Shown: one piece after another, positions 15,786 through 25,105 of the stretch | Position numbering within the stretch: the first letter of the stretch is position 1 | How the letters are laid out: the number at the start of each line of letters is the position of its first letter | Assembly (NCBI RefSeq): GCF_016592615.1 | Contig: NZ_AP013043.1 | Location: 1,320,001-1,352,000, forward strand | DNA: 32,000 nt | Direction of reading: 5' to 3' | Origin: Isorropodon fossajaponicum endosymbiont JTNG4 | Lineage (GTDB): Bacteria; Pseudomonadota; Gammaproteobacteria; PS1; Pseudothioglobaceae | The notes under the pieces: model-generated | The model's database searches: none | The model's input: only the letters and a program-made list of their open reading frames with translations | What the model was told of the DNA's origin: nothing | Made by a program: the position numbers and the translations under genes

Positions 15786-17087
15786 ATGCACATTCATATT
15801 CTTGGCATTGCTGGTACATTTATGGGCTCACTCGCCTTGATTGCCAAGCAAATGAGGCATTTGGATCAGGGCGTTTACCCACCAATAAAGCACCCAACCT
15901 GACGAGCAAAACATTAACTATACACAAAACTACAAAGCTAAAGATTTACCCAAAGCGGATTTATTTATTATTGGCAATGCCTTGTCTCGTGGTGTAATGC
16001 GTGCGTGGAAGAAATACTCACCCAGCGATACTCTTATACCTCAGGTGTGCAGTGGCTAAGCGAAAACATATTGCATAATAAGTGGGTGCTTGGCGTGTCA
16101 GGTACTCATGGCAAAACCACCACAGCTAGTATGCTAACTTGGATACTTGAATTTTCTGGCTACAATCCTAGTTTTTTAATTGGCGGGGTTTCACAAAATT
16201 TTGGGGTATCGTCACGTTTAACTGATGCTAACTTTTTTGTGATTGAGGCTGATGAGTACGATACGGCTTTTTTTGACAAGCGCTCTAAGTTTGTTCATTA
16301 CCACCCAAGAACATTGGTGATTAATAATTTAGAATTTGACCACGCGGATATTTTTGACTCACTCAAAGACATTCAAAAAACAACTCCACCATTTGATTCG
16401 CACCATACCTAGCAATGGCTTGGTTATTTATCCAAAAAATAATGCAAATATTAAGGCGCTACTTAGGCAGGGCATTTGGTCTGAGGAGCAAGCTTTACCA
16501 ACTCAACTCTGATAAATACAAAAACGGGTACAAAATTTAATGTTGAGGGCGGTCAGGTATCGTGGCATTTATTGGGCGAGCACAACATGGAAAATGGGTT
16601 GTGCGCTATTTATAGTGCACACCACGTTGGCGTACCAATTGATGTGGCTTGCGAGGCATTAAGTAGTTTTAAAGGGGTGAAACGTCGCTTGGAAATCAAG
16701 CACCAAACTGAATCCATTACTTTGTATGATGGCTTTGCCCACCACCACCCTAGCGCCATTAAAACAACGATTGAGGGTTTACGTGCAAAGGTGGCTGATG
16801 AGTCTATTATTGCTATTTTGGAGCTAAGGTCTAATACCATGCAATCTGGCGTACACCAACAAACTTTAGTGGATGCGCTTAAAAATGCCAATCAAGCCTT
16901 AATATTACGACTCAAGCATTGTGATTGGGATATTGATGCCTTGCTTAAAAATAATCACTCAGCTTATTTGTTTGACTCTGTTGATGATATTGTAAATCAT
17001 CTTAATTCTATTAATCATGGTCACTTTGTGGTGATGTCAAATGGTAGTTTTGATGATATTTTTAATAAAACAATACCTAATCTATGA
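15786..17087 (+). pseudogene. mpl: UDP-N-acetylmuramate:L-Ala-gamma-D-Glu-meso-DAP ligase (Mpl), heavily decayed
   Basis: It starts MHIHILGIAGTFMGSLALIAKQM. The GHxVSGSD block is then damaged and there is a stop at 15900-15902. Homologous pieces continue in shifting frames:
- QPDEQNINY...DLFIIGNALSRG;
- track ORF 16005-16412, VLGVSGTHGKTTTASM...VIEADEYDTAFFDKRSKFVHY...NNLEFDHADIF;
- after the A6 run 16375-16380, KQLHHLIRTIPSNGLVIYP;
- track ORF 16572-17087, LLGEHNMENGL...FAHHHPSAI...RSNTM...VVMSNGSF.
There are at least four frame changes. Confidence 0.88.
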
Positions 17088-17479
17088 AACCCATCACCAT
17101 TGCATTAACAGGTGCTTCAGGCATGCTATATGCCGTCACCCTACTCAAAGAATTGGTCAAAACCCAATCATTAATTTATGTCATGGTTTCTTGTGCTGCC
17201 AATACCGTTGGTTATGCAGACAATCTAATGCATCGCGCTGCTGATGTGGTGATTAAAGAGCAGAAAAAACTTATTTTAGCACCTAGGGAAACGCCTTATT
17301 CCGCCATCCATTTGGAAAATATGCTTAAACTTTCACGCCTTGGCGTGGTGATTATGGATGCCAATCCTGCGTTTTATCAAAATCCTAACTCGATTCAAGA
17401 TTTGGTAAATTTTGTTGTGGCTAGAATACTTGATCATTTAGAAGTAGCGCATAATCTAGTACCGCCATGGCAAGATTAG
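17084..17479 (+). pseudogene. ubiX: Flavin prenyltransferase UbiX with an in-frame internal deletion of about 55-58 codons
   Basis: 131 aa, against about 189 aa for E. coli UbiX as I recall it. The N-terminal block [24 protein letters not shown]...[11 protein letters not shown] joins directly at about 17209/17210 to [29 protein letters not shown]...[10 protein letters not shown]. This skips the segment that normally holds the conserved (I/V)xPCSxKTL motif. Confidence 0.6.
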
Positions 17480-18257
17480 TTAACAATAAGATTAAAAAGC
17501 AATCACTAAAAGCCAGAAACAAAGCAAAACCTTTTTTAAGTTTTTGACCATCAACACGATGTGCAACCTTGGCACCACAAGTGGTGCAAACAGGACACTG
17601 GTGTAATAACAATACTTAATAGCGCTTTCGTATGGATAAAACCTAAGCCGCTAGTAACACCCTCAGCCCCAATGCCTGTTATTATAAAACCCAAACTACC
17701 TGCAATTGCAATTGGCATGCCCACTGAAACTGAAGTGGCAATGGCGTTTTTGATATTAATATTGTTATAAACTAAAAATGGAGTTGTCATCGTGCCGCCA
17801 CCAATGCCAACGATGGCTGAAACCAAGCCAATAATATAGCCCGTTACCCCCAAAAAAAAACCCATCTACTTAAATTATCCGCATGTCCAGAGGCCCTGAT
17901 GCTAAACCACATAATCAGTGCAACCGTTATTTCAAAAAATCAAAACCCAAGTATTGAGCGATAATTGCACCACAAAATGCCCCTAGTAAAATAGTGGGCG
18001 TGAGTTTTATAAAGTGATGCCAATGGACTGCCCCCATTTTGGGGATGCGCCCAAACACTGGAAATAGAAGTAAAAACAATCACAAAAAGTGCAGTGCCAA
18101 TTGCTGTGTGCATCAAAACCACTTCATGAACTTCAGCTGCTAATACATACAGCAGGGCTGGCACGATAATTAAACCACCACCGACACCTAACAAGCCCGC
18201 TCCCGCTACAAAACCAGAAAATACCCCAAGTAATAATAGTTGAACTAATTCAACCAA
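17421..18257 (-). pseudogene. TauE/SafE (DUF81) family anion/sulfite exporter, multiply frameshifted
   Basis: Pieces in three frames:
- 17940-18257, MVELVQLLLLGVFSGFVAGAGLLGVGGGLIIVPALLY...HTAIGTALFVIVFTSISSVWAH;
- a manually read frame, IPKMGAVHWHHFIKLTPTILLGAFCGAIIAQYLGF;
- 17551-17865, IIGLVSAIVGIGGGTMTTPFLVY...;
- the tail GAKVAHRVDGQKLKKGFALFLAF.
The duplicated GxGGG membrane repeats are typical of DUF81. Confidence 0.75.
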
Positions 18258-18973
18258 GCGCTGACCGTATCAATTAACAAGTCATCTTTTTCATTAAAAA
18301 AGTGATCTGCATTCACCATTTTTTGATGGTAATTTTTATTCTTACTTGATGCATTAGCGCGCGCTTTTACAGAGCTTAACACTGGCTCAATATCATCCAC
18401 ACCATACAAATCAAGCACGGGAATATCAATCTTTGTCAAATATTCAACTGCTAAACCTGGCATACCTATGGCAGTAAATTTTTTAAATGGATGTTGATTG
18501 TTGGCCAAATAATGCGCACTCATGACACTACCTAAACTATGTGCAATTAATGTATTTGCCTCAAAGCCTTGTGCTTTTAAATAATTAATGGCAGCAGTGA
18601 TACGATGATTGGCTTTATTAAATAAAGGCTCATATTGGTCAGCATCAACCCCATTTGCCAATACAGGCACTTGGATAGAAAGAGTATTAAATCCCTTTTC
18701 AGTTAATACAACCCGCAATGGTTGAATGACTTGAACCCAGTCTGGGTGTGCGCCCAAACCATGGACTATAATCGCTGTTTTTTTAGTATCAGACTCACTC
18801 GGTGTAAAGATTGATAAAAATTCATGATTATTAGCACTTAACCAAACCGAATCGCCATCCATGAGCGTATCTTCAACTTGTGTTGCCCAGCGTGTTTCTT
18901 TAGCATAATCAGGTGTCGTTTGTGCAAATGCAGCCTGAACAATAACAATAGATAGTATCAATAATAACTTCAT
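18245..18973 (-). CDS. Secreted alpha/beta-hydrolase-fold protein (DUF3530-like)
   Basis: 242 aa. It has a signal peptide MKLLLILSIVIVQAAFAQ, the block IIVHGLGAHPDWVQVIQPLRVVLTEKGFNTLSIQVP, and the nucleophile elbow AHSLGS. Confidence 0.65.
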   Translation of the reverse strand: MKLLLILSIVIVQAAFAQTTPDYAKETRWATQVEDTLMDGDSVWLSANNHEFLSIFTPSESDTKKTAIIVHGLGAHPDWVQVIQPLRVVLTEKGFNTLSIQVPVLANGVDADQYEPLFNKANHRITAAINYLKAQGFEANTLIAHSLGSVMSAHYLANNQHPFKKFTAIGMPGLAVEYLTKIDIPVLDLYGVDDIEPVLSSVKARANASSKNKNYHQKMVNADHFFNEKDDLLIDTVSAWLN

Positions 18974-19159
18974 AAACCCTCCTCAAATATGCTTGCTATT
19001 ATAAAGCAAAAAATCACAGTGATGCTTTTAAGAATAAGTAAGCGGTGGTAAAGTGTGATTGATGTACACTTATCACAACATTTTAAAAAATATTACAACA
19101 AGTGCAATGGCATCAAAATATCATCTTGGGGAGAAAATATAATGAATGCAAGGCGCAAT

Positions 19160-19185
19160 GATACAAATTATTACCAATTTGTATC
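19160..19185 (-). terminator. Perfect 10-bp inverted repeat with a 6-nt loop, 45 nt downstream of the yqeY-like gene
   Basis: gatacaaatt-attacc-aatttgtatc read directly. It is an AT-rich stem with no clear U-tract, so this is only a candidate transcript end for the long ribosomal-protein transcription unit. Confidence 0.3.
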
Positions 19186-19229
19186 AATTAGATATTTCAA
19201 CCACACAGAATATGTGGCGAGAATTTATT

Positions 19230-19676
19230 TTAAGAGAATTTAGATCGAATCAGACCAGATACAACACCCATATCAGTTTTGCCATCTAATTTACTTTTTA
19301 GCAAACCCATGAGTTTACCCATATCTTGCATAGAAGACGCACCAGTATCAGCAATCGCTTTGTCAATGGCAATGCTCACTTCAACATCTGATAATTGCTC
19401 TGGCGTATAATTGTTAATAACAACCAATTCTGCCTCTTCAACATCAACTAAATCAATACGGCTTGCTTCTTTAAATTGTGAAATTGAATCTTTACGTTGC
19501 TTAACCATTTTTTGCACAACACTAAGCACCTGCATATCATCCAGTTCAATGCGTTCGTCAACTTCTCTTTGTTTGATTGCCCCTAAAATCATGCGTATCG
19601 CTTTAAGGGTGGCTTTGTCTTTGGCTTTCATAGCTGATTTCATATCAGCAGTAATGCGTGCCTTTAACTCAGACAT
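19230..19676 (-). CDS. yqeY: GatB/YqeY domain-containing protein
   Basis: 148 aa: MSELKARITADMKSAMKAKDKATLKAIRMILGAIKQREVDERIELDD...VINNYTPEQLS...MGKLMGLLKSKLDGKTDMGVVSGLIRSKF. Full-length family match from memory. Confidence 0.88.
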   Translation of the reverse strand: MSELKARITADMKSAMKAKDKATLKAIRMILGAIKQREVDERIELDDMQVLSVVQKMVKQRKDSISQFKEASRIDLVDVEEAELVVINNYTPEQLSDVEVSIAIDKAIADTGASSMQDMGKLMGLLKSKLDGKTDMGVVSGLIRSKFS

Positions 19677-19707
19677 AATAGCGGATTATAATACTTAGAA
19701 TGTACGT

Positions 19708-19923
19708 CTAGTACATGCGTTTACGATGAACACGATTTTTAGCCCTTTCTTTGTGTGTTCTTTTAACAGCGGCTGCCTTCATGCGCTTATTAACCCAAGT
19801 TGGCTTTTCATAGAATTCTTTCTTTCTTACATCAGTGATAACACCAGCTCTGTCACAGGTACGACGAAAGCGTCTAAGTGCAATATCAAAAGGTTCGTTC
19901 TCTCTTACTTTAATTGAAGGCAT
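19708..19923 (-). CDS. rpsU: 30S ribosomal protein S21
   Basis: 71 aa: [28 protein letters not shown]...KEFYEKPT. Confidence 0.95.
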   Translation of the reverse strand: MPSIKVRENEPFDIALRRFRRTCDRAGVITDVRKKEFYEKPTWVNKRMKAAAVKRTHKERAKNRVHRKRMY

Positions 19924-19934
19924 ATATTTTTCCC

Positions 19935-20330
19935 TTATGAAGCGGCAGTTTCAGCAACTACATCTGTCGTGGTTTCAAGGTCAACTAATTGGACAATTGC
20001 CATTGGGGCTTTATCGCCAGTACGAAAACCAGCCTTTAAAATACGAATGTAACCACCAGGACGATCTTTATAAAACGGTGCTAATTCAGTGAATAATTTG
20101 GCAACCATTGCGTCATCACGTAATTTTGAAAACGCATTACGACGATTAGCAACACTGTCAACTTTGGCTTTAGTAATTAATGACTCAACAACACGTCTAA
20201 GTTCTTTTGCTTTAGGCAAGGTGGTTCGAATGGTCTCATGTAAAAACAATGAGTTTGCCATATTTTTAAACATCGCCTTACGGTGGGATGAGTTACGATT
20301 TAATTGCCTACCTGACTTTCTATGTCTCAT
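19935..20330 (-). CDS. rplQ: 50S ribosomal protein L17
   Basis: 131 aa: [46 protein letters not shown]. Confidence 0.96.
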   Translation of the reverse strand: MRHRKSGRQLNRNSSHRKAMFKNMANSLFLHETIRTTLPKAKELRRVVESLITKAKVDSVANRRNAFSKLRDDAMVAKLFTELAPFYKDRPGGYIRILKAGFRTGDKAPMAIVQLVDLETTTDVVAETAAS

Positions 20331-20340
20331 GTCTTATTCC

Positions 20341-21321
20341 TTATTCACTCATTAAATCAACTGGCGGCCAATTTTCAATACTGGTACCCAAGTCAAGCCC
20401 TTTCTCAGTTAACACTTCTTTAATTTCATTAAGTGATTTACGGCCTAAATTAGGCGTTCTTAGTAAATCTTGCTCAGATTTTTGAATCAAATCACCAATA
20501 TAGTAAATTTGCTCTGCCTTTAAGCAGTTTGCACTACGTACGGTTAATTCTAACTCATCCACTGCTGCTAACAACTGTGGATCAAAATCTTCTGATGTTG
20601 GTAATGCCGTCTCTTCTTCTACCAACTCTAATTCAACGAATGAAGATAATTGTTCTTGTAGGATTGTTGCTGCGCGTTTAATAGCAACTTCTGCATTAAC
20701 CGAACCATTAGTCTCAATCGTAATGTTTAACTTATCAAGGTTAACCTTCTGCTTAACACGCGTCGCATCCACCGTGAAACTAACACGCCTAATGGGTGAA
20801 AAACTTGCATCTAACTGCATACCGCCGATACTTGATGCTTCGTCAGTACGTGACGTGGCAGTATCATAGCCAATACCAGTACTAATCTTAAGTGTCATAC
20901 GCATATGACCTTCATCATTAATTGTTGCAATCACCTTATCAGGATTAAATACTGTAATATCAACGCCATTAGTCTCAATATCGGCCACTGTAATTTCACA
21001 CGGACCTTTTTTGTCAATAACAATTTGCGTAGTTTGAGTTGTATTTAATGTAACTGACACCTCTTTAAGGTTAAGTAAGATATCCAGTACATCTTCTTGA
21101 ACACCGTCAATTGTAGAAAACTCATGCATAACCCCATCGATGGCAACTTCGGTCACAGCAGAGCCTGTCATAGAAGATAACAACGTTCTTCTTAGGGCAT
21201 TGCCCAAAGTATAACCAAAGCCTCTCTCAAGAGGCTCAAGGACGACCTTGAATTCATTAACACCAGTTTGAGAAGACTCAACCAGCTTTGGCTTTAAAAA
21301 ATCTCTTGCATTACCTTGCAT
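20341..21321 (-). CDS. rpoA: DNA-directed RNA polymerase subunit alpha
   Basis: The track ORF starts at 21351, but that would overlap rpsD by 20 nt. The internal ATG at 21321 gives [15 protein letters not shown] (E. coli: MQGSVTEFLKPRLV) and is preceded by AAGGA. 326 aa. Confidence 0.95.
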   Translation of the reverse strand: MQGNARDFLKPKLVESSQTGVNEFKVVLEPLERGFGYTLGNALRRTLLSSMTGSAVTEVAIDGVMHEFSTIDGVQEDVLDILLNLKEVSVTLNTTQTTQIVIDKKGPCEITVADIETNGVDITVFNPDKVIATINDEGHMRMTLKISTGIGYDTATSRTDEASSIGGMQLDASFSPIRRVSFTVDATRVKQKVNLDKLNITIETNGSVNAEVAIKRAATILQEQLSSFVELELVEEETALPTSEDFDPQLLAAVDELELTVRSANCLKAEQIYYIGDLIQKSEQDLLRTPNLGRKSLNEIKEVLTEKGLDLGTSIENWPPVDLMSE

Positions 21322-21331
21322 AATTAATTCC

Positions 21332-21958
21332 TTATTTAGAATACAGTTCAACGATTAAATGTTCTTGAATGTCTGATGGTAACTCATCACGAGCAGGAAC
21401 ATTTTTAAACACACCCTTCAGTGCTTTGTTATCAATATCAAGCCACTGTGGTTGAGTTGATTGTTCAGCCAACTCAAGTGCTAATTGAATACGGCTTTGA
21501 TTTTTAGCTTTTTCTCTAATTGAGATTTCATCATTAACACTCACTTGGTAAGAAGGAATGTTAACAACCAAGCCATTCACCAAAATAGACTTATGCGAAA
21601 CTAGTTGTCTCGCTTCGGCACGCGTGGAACCAAAACCCATGCGATAAACAATATTATCCAAACGACACTCAAGCAATGATAATAAATTTTCACCTGTAGA
21701 GCCTTTCTTTTGCGACGCCTTTTTGTAATATAGGCGAAATTGCTTTTCTAAAATGCCATAAATACGCCTTACTTTTTGTTTTTCACGTAATTGTAAACCA
21801 TACTCTGTGCCCTTTTGACGGCGTGCATTAGCACCGTGCATGCCAGGAAATTGAGTCACCTTACATTTAGAATCCAGTGATCTAATACTACTTTTAAGAA
21901 ATAAGTCCGTGCCTTCGCGACGTGCTAATTTACAAGTAGGTCCAGTATATCTAGCCAT
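21332..21958 (-). CDS. rpsD: 30S ribosomal protein S4
   Basis: 208 aa: [23 protein letters not shown]. Confidence 0.96.
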   Translation of the reverse strand: MARYTGPTCKLARREGTDLFLKSSIRSLDSKCKVTQFPGMHGANARRQKGTEYGLQLREKQKVRRIYGILEKQFRLYYKKASQKKGSTGENLLSLLECRLDNIVYRMGFGSTRAEARQLVSHKSILVNGLVVNIPSYQVSVNDEISIREKAKNQSRIQLALELAEQSTQPQWLDIDNKALKGVFKNVPARDELPSDIQEHLIVELYSK

Positions 21959-21967
21959 AATTTATCC

Positions 21968-22351
21968 TTATACTCTACGTTTCTTAGAAGGACGACAACC
22001 ATTATGAGGGATTGGTGTCACATCTGTGATTGATTGAATTTTTAAACCCTGTGCATTAAGACCACGAATTGCTGAGTCTCTACCAGGACCAGGGCCTTTA
22101 ACACGAACTTCTAAGTTTTTCATGCCAAAAGCCAATGCTTTCTCACCACAACTACCTGCAGCTACTTGTGCAGCAAACGGTGTGGATTTTCTTGAGCCTC
22201 TAAAACCAGAACCGCCTGAGGTCGCCCAACAAACTGCATTACCATGACGATCTGTAATCATCACAATGGTATTATTAAACGTTGCATGAATGTGTGCAAT
22301 ACCATCAGTAATTACTTTTTTAGACTTCTTTTTTGTGGGTGTTTTAGCCAT
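21968..22351 (-). CDS. rpsK: 30S ribosomal protein S11
   Basis: 127 aa: ...[46 protein letters not shown]. Confidence 0.96.
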   Translation of the reverse strand: MAKTPTKKKSKKVITDGIAHIHATFNNTIVMITDRHGNAVCWATSGGSGFRGSRKSTPFAAQVAAGSCGEKALAFGMKNLEVRVKGPGPGRDSAIRGLNAQGLKIQSITDVTPIPHNGCRPSKKRRV

Positions 22352-22366
22352 AATATCTACCTATGA

Positions 22367-22720
22367 TTATTTAATTAAACGACGAGGACCCTTACGAGTT
22401 CTTGCGTTTGTTTTTGTTCTTTGACCACGTAGTGGTAGTGATTTTCTATGACGAACACCACGGTAGCAGCCTAAATCTTTTAGGCGTTTAATATCCATAG
22501 CAACTTGACGACGAAGATCACCCTCAACTTCATACTTAGCAACTTCTGCACGAATTAATTCCAACTGATCTTCAGCAATATCAATAACTTTGGTGGCTGG
22601 GTTTAATTTAAGGGTCGTGCAAATCATTTTTGCTTTGGTATCACCAATACCAAAAATTGACTGTAAGCCAATCACAATATGTTTATGTGTCGGGATGTTT
22701 ATGCCTGCTATTCTAGCCAT
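22367..22720 (-). CDS. rpsM: 30S ribosomal protein S13
   Basis: 117 aa: [26 protein letters not shown]. Confidence 0.96.
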   Translation of the reverse strand: MARIAGINIPTHKHIVIGLQSIFGIGDTKAKMICTTLKLNPATKVIDIAEDQLELIRAEVAKYEVEGDLRRQVAMDIKRLKDLGCYRGVRHRKSLPLRGQRTKTNARTRKGPRRLIK

Positions 22721-22852
22721 TTATCTTATACCTCCTCTACGTGTTTCTGTTTCATAGACTTATTTTCCTTGTATTCTTGCCTCTTTCTATTATTACGCAA
22801 CTTTTTTTTTTCTTAATAAAAAGCGCGCAATACTAAATTTGAAAAACCCATA

Positions 22853-22881
22853 ATTTTACGCTTATAGCTTTCCAATGTCAA
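22853..22881 (-). promoter_or_regulatory. Near-consensus sigma-70 promoter for the alpha operon, in the rpmJ-rpsM spacer
   Basis: The minus strand reads TTGACA (rc 22876-22881), a 17-nt spacer, then TAAAAT (rc 22853-22858). A leader of about 130 nt follows, ending in GAGGAGG before the rpsM ATG. Confidence 0.6.
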
Positions 22882-22887
22882 TCCTAA

Positions 22888-23001
22888 TTAACCTTGTCTT
22901 TGCTTATGACGAGGCTCTTTACAAATAACACGAACCACGCCATGACGCTTGATAGTTTTACAATTGTTACAAATTTTCTTAACCGATGCTCTTACTTTCA
23001 T
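22888..23001 (-). CDS. rpmJ: 50S ribosomal protein L36
   Basis: Below the ORF-track cutoff. Manual translation: [37 protein letters not shown] (37 aa, zinc-ribbon Cys/His pattern), 15 nt after secY. Confidence 0.93.
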   Translation of the reverse strand: MKVRASVKKICNNCKTIKRHGVVRVICKEPRHKQRQG

Positions 23002-23016
23002 AATAATGACCTTTTT

Positions 23017-24315
23017 TTAGTTTAAACCTGCCTTCTTCATTAATGACTCATACTGATTAGACATTAGGTGAGATTGGGCTTGTGCAATAAAATCCATCAC
23101 CACAACGACGATGATTAACAAACTAGTACCACCAAAGTAAAATGGCACATTCCAATATAAAATTAGAAACTCTGGCAACAAACAAACAGCAGTGATATAA
23201 ACCGCACCAGATGCCGTTAGCCTAGACATAACTGAATCAATGTAATCTGCCGAGTGCTTGCCTGGTCGAATACCTGGAATAAAACCACCTGACTTGCGTA
23301 AATTATCAGCTGTGTCTTTTGAATCAAATGTTAGTGCCGTATAGAAGAAGGTAAAAAATACAATGGCCAGCCCATAAAACAACACATATAAAGGCTGTCC
23401 TGGAGAAATGCTAGCAGTTAAATCTGCCAACCAGCCCATACCCTCGCTTTGCGAAAACCAGCCTCCTAAAGTTGCCGGAAATAAAATAATTGATGAGGCA
23501 AAAATTGGTGGGATAACACCTGCCATATTAATTTTTAACGGTAGATATGAACTCTGACCACCAACCATTTTACGACCCTGTTGACGTTTGGCATAATTAA
23601 CCGTGATACGGCGTTGCCCTCGTTCCATAAAGACCACAAAGGCTGTCACTAACAACGTCATGATTAATAAAATTGCCACCAAAATAATGGTTAGTTCACC
23701 TGTAGATACCAACGATAAAGTTGAGCCCAATGCTGAAGGTAAGCCTGAAACAATACCGGCAAAAATAATCATTGAAATGCCATTGCCAATGCCTTTTTCT
23801 GTGATTTGTTCACCCAACCACATTAAAAATAAAGTACCTGTGGTTAATGTCACGACAGTCACCATACTAAAGGTAAAGCCACCTTGAGTGACCAAAGCAA
23901 CACCACCAGCACTTTGTGATTGTAAGGCAATAGAGATGCCATAAGATTGAAATACTGCTAATACCACTGTACCTATGCGTGTGTATTGTGTAATTTTACG
24001 TTTGCCTGTTTCACCTTCTTTCTTCAATTGCTCTAACTTTGGTATAACAGAGGTCATCAACTGAATAATAATTGATGCCGAAATATAGGGCATAATACCT
24101 AAAGTAAAAATAGATAATCTTTCTAACGCGCCGCCTGAGAACATATTAAACATATCCAAAATCGTACCTTGTTGATCTTGTACGAGTGAGGCAAGTGCGG
24201 CACTTGAGATAAATGGAATGGTAATATGCGTACCCAACCTAAAAACGATTAACGCACCCAGTAAAAAAAGGATGCGCTTTGATAAATCTTGAGAGAGGCC
24301 TAAGGGTTGGTTCAT
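23017..24315 (-). CDS. secY: Preprotein translocase subunit SecY
   Basis: 432 aa polytopic protein with [14 protein letters not shown] and [22 protein letters not shown]. Canonical position after rplO. Confidence 0.96.
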   Translation of the reverse strand: MNQPLGLSQDLSKRILFLLGALIVFRLGTHITIPFISSAALASLVQDQQGTILDMFNMFSGGALERLSIFTLGIMPYISASIIIQLMTSVIPKLEQLKKEGETGKRKITQYTRIGTVVLAVFQSYGISIALQSQSAGGVALVTQGGFTFSMVTVVTLTTGTLFLMWLGEQITEKGIGNGISMIIFAGIVSGLPSALGSTLSLVSTGELTIILVAILLIMTLLVTAFVVFMERGQRRITVNYAKRQQGRKMVGGQSSYLPLKINMAGVIPPIFASSIILFPATLGGWFSQSEGMGWLADLTASISPGQPLYVLFYGLAIVFFTFFYTALTFDSKDTADNLRKSGGFIPGIRPGKHSADYIDSVMSRLTASGAVYITAVCLLPEFLILYWNVPFYFGGTSLLIIVVVVMDFIAQAQSHLMSNQYESLMKKAGLN

Positions 24316-24318
24316 AAT

Positions 24319-24762
24319 TTACTCGTTCACTGAGCCTTTAACGGCTTCAATCGCCAACTTTGCACCTTTAGTTGCTTTGATACCAGTCAATGTGACTGCT
24401 CTAGTAATTTCACCGGAAAGCATGACTTTAACACGTTTAATATTTTTAGTGACTAAGTTGTGTGCTTTTAAAACATCAATAGTAATGTCAATCTCAGTCA
24501 GTCTATCAATTTCAGATAGTGTCACTTGTGAGGTAATAATGGATACTCTTGATGAGAATCCAACCTTTGGAAGACGACGTTGCAAAGGCATTTGACCGCC
24601 TTCAAAACCAATCTTGCTAAAACCACCAGAGCGTGCTTTTTGACCCTTGTGGCCACGACCACAAGTCTTACCAAAGCCACTACCAGTGCCACGGCCCACA
24701 CGTTTTCTTGATTGCTTCTCGCCTTCGGCGGGTGACAACGTATTTAATTGCATAACGTTCAT
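24319..24762 (-). CDS. rplO: 50S ribosomal protein L15
   Basis: 147 aa: (MNV)[48 protein letters not shown] lies 8 nt upstream of the first ATG. Confidence 0.95.
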   Translation of the reverse strand: MNVMQLNTLSPAEGEKQSRKRVGRGTGSGFGKTCGRGHKGQKARSGGFSKIGFEGGQMPLQRRLPKVGFSSRVSIITSQVTLSEIDRLTEIDITIDVLKAHNLVTKNIKRVKVMLSGEITRAVTLTGIKATKGAKLAIEAVKGSVNE

Positions 24763-24766
24763 TTTC

Positions 24767-25105
24767 TTAATCCTCTACTTTTAGTAAGTAAGCCACTTTA
24801 TTAATCATGCCCCTGATTTCAGGCGTATCTTTAAGCTCTTTTGTATGGTTAATACGCTTTAAGCCTAGCCCTGCAATGGTTGCACGGTGAGATGGTAAGC
24901 GACCATAAAAACTCTTAACTAGGGTGACACTAACTGTATTGTGCTTACTAGATGTTTGTGTGTTTTTAGTGACTGTTGCTTTTTTAGGTGCGGCTTTAAC
25001 TAGTGTTTTTTTCTCTGGTGTTTTCGCCTGTTTAACAGATGCTTTTTTGACAGTTGATTTTTTAGTTGCTGTTACTTTTTTAACTACTTTGTTTTCTTCA
25101 GCCAT
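24767..25105 (-). CDS. rpmD: 50S ribosomal protein L30 with a Lys/Thr/Ala-rich N-terminal extension of about 53 residues
   Basis: The C-terminal 59 aa, [56 protein letters not shown], align over full length with E. coli L30 (59 aa). They are preceded in frame by [56 protein letters not shown]. The ATG overlaps the rpsE stop (TAATG). Confidence 0.9.
   Translation of the reverse strand: MAEENKVVKKVTATKKSTVKKASVKQAKTPEKKTLVKAAPKKATVTKNTQTSSKHNTVSVTLVKSFYGRLPSHRATIAGLGLKRINHTKELKDTPEIRGMINKVAYLLKVED

Noticed and set aside
19055-19243. Track ORF of 62 aa in the spacer between the hydrolase and the yqeY-like gene.
   Set aside because: It has an Asn/Tyr/Ile-rich translation typical of AT-rich non-coding DNA, no SD, and it overlaps the 3' end of the yqeY-like gene on the other strand.
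20222-20232. tRNA T-loop-like GGTTCGAATGG.
   Set aside because: It lies inside the rplQ coding sequence with no acceptor or anticodon arms around it. I found no tRNA, rRNA or CRISPR-like structure in any intergenic region.
21322-21351. The rpoA start at 21351 as given by the ORF track ([13 protein letters not shown]...).
   Set aside because: It would overlap the rpsD 3' end by 20 nt and add 10 non-conserved residues. The ATG at 21321 has an AAGGA SD and matches the conserved MQG..EFLKP N-terminus.
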